Positions 8,679-14,162 of a DNA stretch of 14,162 nt are shown one piece after another. The stretch's first letter is position 1; each line of letters begins with the position of its first letter. The translations under genes were made by a program, and so were the position numbers. The notes under the pieces were generated by a model. It searched no databases. It saw nothing but the letters and a program-made list of their open reading frames with translations, and was not told the origin of the DNA. This DNA comes from Alkalispirochaeta sp. GTDB lineage: Bacteria > Spirochaetota > Spirochaetia > DSM-27196 > Alkalispirochaetaceae. Location of the stretch: contig CBDESZ010000024.1 in the NCBI GenBank assembly GCA_965242725.1, forward strand, positions 1 to 14,162. The letters run 5' to 3'.

Positions 8679-8752
8679 CAACGTAAACGTAGTTAAGAAC
8701 CAAACAAACTACATAAATGTAGTAATGAATATTGGAAGCTACAATCGCGTAC
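8679..8752. promoter_or_regulatory. Three phased TAC-N6-GTA dyads, putative upstream activator sequences
   Basis: AAC-GTAAAC-GTA (8680-8691), TAC-ATAAAT-GTA (8710-8721, inside the palindrome ACTACAT-AA-ATGTAGT) and TAC-AATCGC-GTA (8740-8751). Starts are exactly 30 bp apart. Confidence 0.65.
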
Positions 8753-10301
8753 TGAATGATTTGGGGTCGACTTCGTGCTTCTTTACGCGCAGGCCCATGA
8801 TGCGTTCGGTGACACCGAGCATGCGCGCCGCCCGGGCCATATTCCCCTTCGTGGACTTGAGTGCGTCCATCAGCAGTTCCCGTTCCAAATTATCCAGGGA
8901 CTCCTGGAGTGTTCCGTGTACCTGGGTGTTTGTGCTTTCCGCAGACTGCAGGGAGGGCGGCAGGTGGTGGGAGTGTATAACGCCGTCGACGCTCAGCAGG
9001 ACCGCCCGCTCGACGCAGTTTTCAAGCTCTCTCACGTTGCCGGGCCAGTGGTACGCCATCAGCAGGTCGATCGCGGGAGTGGAAATGCGGTGAATCGGTT
9101 TGTGATTCGCCTCGGCATACTTCGCGATGAAGTGATCCGAGAGGAGAAGGATATCGTCCCGCCGCTCCCTGAGGGGCGGAATGTGGATGGGAAAGACGTT
9201 GAGACGATAATAGAGGTCCTCCCTGAAGTGCCCCTCTTCCATTGCGTGCTCCAGATTCCGGTTGGTTGCGGCGATGACCCTGACGTTGACCCGTATCGTC
9301 TCGTTTCCCCCGACACGCTCAAACTCCTTTTCCTGAAGGGCCCGCAACAGTTTTACCTGTGTCATCGGCGAGAGATCTCCGATCTCATCGAGAAAAATCG
9401 TTCCGCCGTTTGCCATTTCAAAGCGCCCTTTCCGTGTGGCAATTGCCCCGGTGAAGGCGCCCTTTTCGTGACCGAAAAGCTCGCTCTCGATGACCGTTTC
9501 CGGTAGTGCCGCGCAGTTTACCTTTATGAGCGGCTTTGTCGCGCGATGGCTGTTGTAGTGAATCGCCTGTGCAACCAGTTCTTTCCCCGTACCGCTCTCT
9601 CCGCGAATGAGAACGGTGGCGTCGCTCTTGGAAACCTGGGCAACCATGTCGAATACATGCTGCATCGCCTTGCTGTTGCCCACGATATTTGACGGGCGGT
9701 ACCGCTCTTCCAGCTCCCGGTGGAGCCGGTTGGTCTCTTCCAGCAGCTGTTCCCGCTCCTCCATGACGCTCTGACGGATCTTTACCGCCTGGGCGATAAG
9801 AGACGAAACAACTGTGAGGACCCGTACGTCCTCCTGGAGCTTGCTCTCTCCCGAGAACTCCCTGTCCACGCTCAATGCGCCGATCGTCTCATTACCGATC
9901 TTGACGGGAACACATATGAAGGAAATGTCCTGATACTGCCTTCCCCGACGGGCGCCTGTGCGGTTGAGAAATTCAGGTTCTTCACTGATGCGGGGGATGA
10001 CCATCGCCTGACCGGACTGCGTTACCTTCCCGGTGATTCCCTCGCCAAGGCGATATCTTCCCCGTTCCCGCTCCGTGGGGGAGAGGCCGTATGCCGCTTC
10101 AATGAGTATTTCCCCGGTTTTGCGGTTGAGGAGGGTGATCGTTCCCCGCAGCATTCCCAGGTGATCCGCAACGGCGGTGAGGACCGGCTGTATGACCTGT
10201 TTGAGATCGAGACTCTGGTCGAGGATCTGACTGATTTCAAGAAAGAGCGAGAGCTCTTCTATTTTTCCCTGATAGTGGCGCGCCGTCGGTTGTGAATCCA
10301 T
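8739..10301 (-). CDS. Sigma54-dependent transcriptional activator (GAF-AAA+-HTH), NifA/AnfA/VnfA family
   Basis: N-terminal GAF ([20 protein letters not shown]), Walker [40 protein letters not shown] and a C-terminal Fis-type HTH. Start reassigned to ATG 10301 (SD GGGAGG), 520 aa. Confidence 0.92.
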   Translation of the reverse strand: MDSQPTARHYQGKIEELSLFLEISQILDQSLDLKQVIQPVLTAVADHLGMLRGTITLLNRKTGEILIEAAYGLSPTERERGRYRLGEGITGKVTQSGQAMVIPRISEEPEFLNRTGARRGRQYQDISFICVPVKIGNETIGALSVDREFSGESKLQEDVRVLTVVSSLIAQAVKIRQSVMEEREQLLEETNRLHRELEERYRPSNIVGNSKAMQHVFDMVAQVSKSDATVLIRGESGTGKELVAQAIHYNSHRATKPLIKVNCAALPETVIESELFGHEKGAFTGAIATRKGRFEMANGGTIFLDEIGDLSPMTQVKLLRALQEKEFERVGGNETIRVNVRVIAATNRNLEHAMEEGHFREDLYYRLNVFPIHIPPLRERRDDILLLSDHFIAKYAEANHKPIHRISTPAIDLLMAYHWPGNVRELENCVERAVLLSVDGVIHSHHLPPSLQSAESTNTQVHGTLQESLDNLERELLMDALKSTKGNMARAARMLGVTERIMGLRVKKHEVDPKSFSTRL

Positions 10302-10320
10302 AGGTCCTCCCGGAAAAAAT

Positions 10321-10385
10321 CCTACATCATTGTATGATAACACACAAGAGAATAGTGATATAGGGTGTTCATACAAAAATGTAGG
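10321..10385. promoter_or_regulatory. Two mirror-image TAC-N6-GTA dyads flanking the activator's putative sigma70 promoter
   Basis: CCTACATCATTGTATGA (10321-10337) and TCATACAAAAATGTAGG (10369-10385) are 15/17 reverse complements. On the minus strand they overlap TTGTAT-16-TATTCT and TGnTATCAT candidate promoter elements. Confidence 0.6.
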
Positions 10386-10399
10386 GGATTGTGGCGCCG

Positions 10400-12166
10400 T
10401 CAGACGTGGAGAAATCCCTCGTAGACGATCTTTTCCTCGCCGTCCAGGCTGACGCTTTGACTGTCCTCAAATTGCCGAAAGGCGTTGCGCACCTCCGACA
10501 CCAGGACGAGGTCCGGATGGGACGCCTGGATTTCCTCAAGAGAGAGATCGCTCGTCGTCTCGGCGATGACTCCCCGTATGTGACGCAGGAGCGGCTCGTA
10601 CTCAAGCGTCAGGGCCGGGACAAGCAGAATTTCCTCGCCGTTGAGGTTGAGCTTCTGCTTGGCCTGGTCGTAACCGCGGGCTTTCACGATATTTCCGCTG
10701 CAGCCGGCGCCGAATCCGCGCTGCCCCCTGTTGAGGATATTGCCCATATAGTGAACCTTTATGGTGTTCATCATGATGGGGCTGTTCAGGGGAATTCCCG
10801 CAGCGGTCACCACTTTCTCATTTCTCCTGATATAGCCGAACTTCATCGCCAGCTGCAGGGCGTTCTGGATCATCGTGTCCGAGTCGGTAACGTGTTCCGT
10901 GAGGATCGGATAGATGCCCCAGTGGATCAGTAATTGTCGATAGACTACGTCCGACGTGGTAACCGCGATGACCGGCTGTTTGGGCCGGTACTTTGAAAGC
11001 AGCCGGGGACTGTTGCCCCGCAGCGTCGGCGTGACGATCGCCGTCGCATCGATATCGGTGGCGACCACATAGGCCGCCTTGGTAATAGCGTCTGCGATGT
11101 CGTGCTCCGTCTTGTGGAAGGAGTAATACTCCTTGCCCCGGGCTATGTACTCCTGTGACCGCTCTACCTCCAGAGCAATTTCATGGAGGGTACGTACCGA
11201 TTCAACCGGATACTTCCCTCCCGCCGTCTCGCCAGAGAGCATGACCGCGTCGGTGCCGTCAAATATCGCGTTTGCCACGTCGGTCAGCTCCGCCCGGGTC
11301 GGCTTTGGATTGTTTATCATGGAGTCGAGCATCTGTGTCGCCGTCACGACGGGTTTGTTCTGAAGGTTGCACTCCTTGATGATCCGCTTCTGGGCGAGGG
11401 GAATCTGGGCGGTTTCCAGCTGCACCCCCAGATCGCCCCGTGCAACCATGATGCCCGAGGAGAGGCGGGTGATCTCGGCGATATTCTCCAGCCCTTCCTG
11501 GTCTTCTATCTTGGATATGATTCTCATGGGAGACTTTGCCTGATCGATTACCCGCTGGACTTCCTGGACGTCCTTCGGCTTGCGGATGAATGATGCGGCG
11601 ACAAAGTCCATCTTCATGGATATGCCGAATTGTATGTCTGCAATGTCTTTTTCAGTGATCGCCGGAAGTGCCGTTTTTACGCCCGGTACATTGACGTTCT
11701 TCCGGCTCCCGAAGGTGCCGCCGTTCCGGACGATACAGAATATACGTTCGTCTTCGATGCCTTCTATTTCAAGATCTACAAGTCCGTCGGCGATGAAAAT
11801 GTGGCCGCCCACATGTACTTCCCCGGGCAATTTGCTGTAACTCACGCTCAGCAGCGACGGTGTTCCCTCGACTTCTTCGGTCGTGAGGGTGATTGAATCG
11901 CCCCTGTTGATCGTGAGCGTCCCGCCGTCCTTGATCTTTCCCGTACGAATCTCCGGCCCCTTGGTATCCAACAGGAGGGCGACGGGAATGCCGCTCTCCA
12001 CGGAGGCGGCGCGGAGCATTTCAATTCTCCCTCGTTGCTCTTCATGGGTTCCGTGGCTGAAATTGAATCGCCCGACATTCACTCCTTCCTGAAGGAGCCT
12101 CTTCATAATGTGTACGTCGTCCACGGCGGGGCCCATGGTGGCGACGATTTTCGTCTTTCGTAACAT
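10400..12166 (-). CDS. pyk: Pyruvate kinase with extra C-terminal PEP-utilising swivel-like domain
   Basis: [61 protein letters not shown] and [10 protein letters not shown] motifs. 588 aa with a ~110 aa C-terminal extension. Confidence 0.97.
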   Translation of the reverse strand: MLRKTKIVATMGPAVDDVHIMKRLLQEGVNVGRFNFSHGTHEEQRGRIEMLRAASVESGIPVALLLDTKGPEIRTGKIKDGGTLTINRGDSITLTTEEVEGTPSLLSVSYSKLPGEVHVGGHIFIADGLVDLEIEGIEDERIFCIVRNGGTFGSRKNVNVPGVKTALPAITEKDIADIQFGISMKMDFVAASFIRKPKDVQEVQRVIDQAKSPMRIISKIEDQEGLENIAEITRLSSGIMVARGDLGVQLETAQIPLAQKRIIKECNLQNKPVVTATQMLDSMINNPKPTRAELTDVANAIFDGTDAVMLSGETAGGKYPVESVRTLHEIALEVERSQEYIARGKEYYSFHKTEHDIADAITKAAYVVATDIDATAIVTPTLRGNSPRLLSKYRPKQPVIAVTTSDVVYRQLLIHWGIYPILTEHVTDSDTMIQNALQLAMKFGYIRRNEKVVTAAGIPLNSPIMMNTIKVHYMGNILNRGQRGFGAGCSGNIVKARGYDQAKQKLNLNGEEILLVPALTLEYEPLLRHIRGVIAETTSDLSLEEIQASHPDLVLVSEVRNAFRQFEDSQSVSLDGEEKIVYEGFLHV

Positions 12167-12248
12167 GGTATTATAAAGATTAGCGAATATCTTTGCTTCT
12201 TACTACCGTCCCGGCGGGAACGGTCCGTGCCGAAACGTTATCGGGACG

Positions 12249-12722
12249 TTACGGTGCCTGGGTATCCCCGTCTTCGTCATCCGCGGGGGAGAGCAGATAG
12301 CCGTATTCTTCCGGAGAAACGACATCCGTCGCCTCATCATCGGGATCCAGCTCGTCGAGCATGCGATCCACCTCCTCAAGCATGCGCTGATGGGTGTCGA
12401 TGGTATGCTGCATCCGTGACTGATAGGACCGGAACATATCCCGGGGACCGATATTCCCCGACCGGAGAAGATTAAGAAAATCGATAAATGCACGAACGGT
12501 CCGCCGGAGGGATCGCAGATATCCGGCACGATTGATAAGGTAGGCGTTGTCCTTCAGTGACGAAAAGGTCCGGAGGAGGGCGGCATCGATGAAGAACAGA
12601 TCCTCAAGAATCTTGTCCTTGAAATACTCCGGATCGACGTCCAGTTTGAGTCCCGATTCTATGGTGCGGAGGATCGAGTGGAGAAAAAATAAGTTGTCTT
12701 CATAGTGCACTTTAGCACCCAT
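12249..12722 (-). CDS. Hypothetical protein, predicted helical, acidic C-terminus (157 aa)
   Basis: Fills the pyk-rpsF gap. ATG 12722 (MGAKVHYEDN) has an AAAGGA SD 8 nt upstream. Protein-like composition, no recognised motif. Confidence 0.75.
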   Translation of the reverse strand: MGAKVHYEDNLFFLHSILRTIESGLKLDVDPEYFKDKILEDLFFIDAALLRTFSSLKDNAYLINRAGYLRSLRRTVRAFIDFLNLLRSGNIGPRDMFRSYQSRMQHTIDTHQRMLEEVDRMLDELDPDDEATDVVSPEEYGYLLSPADDEDGDTQAP

Positions 12723-12739
12723 AGCACGATTCCTTTCAG

Positions 12740-12768
12740 TTGACACGCATGTGAAGACGTGGTAGCGT
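12740..12768 (+). promoter_or_regulatory. Sigma70 promoter of the rpsF operon
   Basis: TTGACA(12740-12745)-17 bp-TAGCGT(12763-12768), with an extended TG at 12760-12761. Confidence 0.72.
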
Positions 12769-12775
12769 CTTTCGA

Positions 12776-12830
12776 CCTTCTTGCTACCGTTGAGGGTATC
12801 AATAATGGTAGTCGCAAGTCCATAAGGAGG
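12776..12830 (+). ncRNA. S6:S18 ribosomal protein leader (cis-regulatory RNA of rpsF)
   Basis: CCUUCUUG (12776-12783) pairs with SD-containing UAAGGAGG (12823-12830). Inner stem CUACCGUU/AAUGGUAG. An unpaired CCA sits immediately 5' of the SD strand, as in the known S6:S18 element. Confidence 0.75.
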
Positions 12831-12835
12831 AAGTT

Positions 12836-13117
12836 TTGCGAATATATGAAGCGATGTGCGTTTTCCGCGCCGATCAGGAAATTTTTAATTCCGGTGTGGA
12901 GACGGTCCGTACCGAATTGACCAAGCTGGGCGCCCAGATCGAAAAAGAAGAGGATATGGGTGTGCGTTCCATTGCCTTTCCAATCAAGAAACAGCAACAG
13001 GCTCATTATTACTACTACGTATGTAAGATGGATCCGGAAAAGGCGCATCAGACTGAACACGCCTTGCGGCTCAAAGATGAGCTGCTCCGTTTCCTCATGG
13101 TGCGCCGGGACGACTGA
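12836..13117 (+). CDS. rpsF: 30S ribosomal protein S6
   Basis: MRIYEAMCVF, EDMGVRSIAFPIKK, HYYYY and LLRFLMVR. TTG start after AAGGAGG. First gene of rpsF-ssb-rpsR. Confidence 0.95.
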   Translation: MRIYEAMCVFRADQEIFNSGVETVRTELTKLGAQIEKEEDMGVRSIAFPIKKQQQAHYYYYVCKMDPEKAHQTEHALRLKDELLRFLMVRRDD

Positions 13118-13173
13118 TCACAGGATAGAGTCTTCCCGGATGGAGTGTAGCGAAAAATAAGGAGTTAGCTGAT

Positions 13174-13656
13174 TTGGCAGATATTAATCACGTCGTACTG
13201 GTTGGACGGCTCGTTCGAGATGCTCAATTGAAATATACAAACAGCGGACTTGCGATCTGTGAGTTCTCGATAGCCATTAACAACCGCCGCAAACAGGGTG
13301 ACGAGTGGGTGGATGAGCCCAACTTCTTTGACGTCACCCTCTTCGGCCGACAGGGTGAAGCGATCCAACGCTACTTGACTCAGGGAAAACAGGTCGGAGT
13401 GGATGGCCAGCTCCGCCAGGACCGGTGGCAGACTCCGGAAGGCCAGAATCGGAGCAAGGTCGGAATTGTCGCAAACAACGTCATGCTCCTCGGCGGACGT
13501 GACGGTGGATCCGGCGGCAACGCACGCGGCGGGGATGCACGAGGCGGAGATGACCGCTATTCCCAGGGAAACCGTTCAGGTCAGGGTAGAGGCAACGGTG
13601 GAAACGTCGACGACGGATTCGGCGAGGACGATTTTCCCGACGGAATCCCTTTCTGA
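13174..13656 (+). CDS. ssb: Single-stranded DNA-binding protein
   Basis: OB fold (INHVVLVGRLVRD, FFDVTLFG, GQLRQDRW), Gly-rich linker and acidic tip DDFPDGIPF. TTG start, SD AAGGAG. Confidence 0.97.
   Translation: MADINHVVLVGRLVRDAQLKYTNSGLAICEFSIAINNRRKQGDEWVDEPNFFDVTLFGRQGEAIQRYLTQGKQVGVDGQLRQDRWQTPEGQNRSKVGIVANNVMLLGGRDGGSGGNARGGDARGGDDRYSQGNRSGQGRGNGGNVDDGFGEDDFPDGIPF
13513..13557 (+). repeat. Three imperfect 15-bp in-frame repeats in the SSB linker
   Basis: GGCGGCAACGCACGC / GGCGGGGATGCACGA / GGCGGAGATGACCGC encode GGNAR-GGDAR-GGDDR. Confidence 0.6.
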
Positions 13657-13692
13657 TTCAACTACAACGAAAGAAATAAATGGAGGATGAAT

Positions 13693-13998
13693 ATGTCCGA
13701 CGATATGAGAAGTAAAAATTACGGTGACCGCGGTGACGACCGGGACGGTCGGGATGGTCGCGACGACGGACGCGGATTTCGACCCCGCGGACGCAGTCAC
13801 TTTCGCAAGAAAGTTGACAAGATAAAGACACAGAATCTGACAATCGATTACAAGCAACCGGAAATCCTCAGGCGCTTTCTGACGGAGAGCGGTAAAATTC
13901 TGCCCCGTCGCATCACCGGTACGTCCGCAAAGAACCAGAGAAAACTCGTGCGGGAGATTAAACGCGCCCGGTACCTCGGCCTGCTGCGGATGGGCTGA
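13693..13998 (+). CDS. rpsR: 30S ribosomal protein S18 (Cys-free, N-terminal D/R/G-rich extension)
   Basis: [46 protein letters not shown] 13693 is best spaced from the GGAGG SD. Confidence 0.96.
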   Translation: MSDDMRSKNYGDRGDDRDGRDGRDDGRGFRPRGRSHFRKKVDKIKTQNLTIDYKQPEILRRFLTESGKILPRRITGTSAKNQRKLVREIKRARYLGLLRMG

Positions 13999-14008
13999 GT
14001 ATATCCCT

Positions 14009-14162
14009 GTGAAGATACTGGGTGTGGATCTCCGGAAATTCACCCCCTTTATTTGGTACGCCGGCGCAAGTGTATTGCTCTTTTATTCCGGAGTGTTTGC
14101 TTTTATTTTTGCCGCGCCGGTACAGATAGTATACAGCCGGTACGGCAAAGAATCGGGGATTC
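14009..14162 (+). CDS. Membrane protein, probably DUF2232/YybS family, 3'-truncated by the window edge
   Basis: The frame from GTG 14009 stays open to the window end: MKILGVDLRKFTPFIWYAGASVLLFYSGVFAFIFAAPVQIVYSRYGKESGI (hydrophobic). Its position after rpsR matches the rpsR-DUF2232-rplI order. Not in the supplied ORF track. Confidence 0.6.
   Translation, partial: MKILGVDLRKFTPFIWYAGASVLLFYSGVFAFIFAAPVQIVYSRYGKESGI

Noticed and set aside
8679..8752. 30-bp periodic repeats as a mini-CRISPR or iteron array
   Set aside because: Only short 12-14 bp dyads recur, the period is too short for repeat plus spacer, and no cas or rep gene is present. Operator sites explain them better.
8739..10301. Calling the activator nifA and inferring nitrogen fixation
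   Set aside because: No nitrogenase genes are in the window, and the HTH and candidate sites do not match NifA. Diazotrophy cannot be inferred from this sequence.
10302..10376. 25-aa N-terminal extension of the activator (ORF track start 10376)
   Set aside because: It runs through the AT-rich promoter/operator region with no SD. ATG 10301 has a GGGAGG SD.
13118..13173. rpsF-ssb intergenic region as a structured RNA
   Set aside because: No convincing stem or known motif was found beyond the SD.

Overview
A GC-rich (~60%) bacterial chromosomal segment, most likely from a free-living spirochaete (Spirochaeta/Alkalispirochaeta-like). This is an inference from the rpsF-ssb-rpsR-membrane gene order, the extended S18 and the BMP transporter. 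Left to right: the 3' part of argH (+); a four-gene BMP/CUT2 nucleoside- or sugar-type ABC importer (-); a divergent FGGY sugar kinase (+); a nitrogen module of GAF-AAA+-HTH sigma54 activator, amtB and glnK (all -); pyruvate kinase with a C-terminal swivel domain (-); a hypothetical gene (-); and rpsF-ssb-rpsR plus the start of a DUF2232-like membrane gene (+). No mobile elements, CRISPR arrays, tRNA or rRNA genes were seen. The most notable signal is regulatory. The activator has an AnfA/VnfA-type rather than NifA-type HTH. Five TAC-N6-GTA dyads occur in two clusters: three spaced exactly 30 bp apart upstream of a sigma54 promoter for amtB-glnK, and two mirror-image copies over the activator's own promoter. 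The PII protein lacks Tyr51. Together these suggest a self-contained, NtrBC/GlnD-independent ammonium-uptake circuit. Also seen: an S6:S18-type rpsF leader RNA, a cysteine-free S18, and probable leaderless mRNAs for the divergent BMP/kinase pair.
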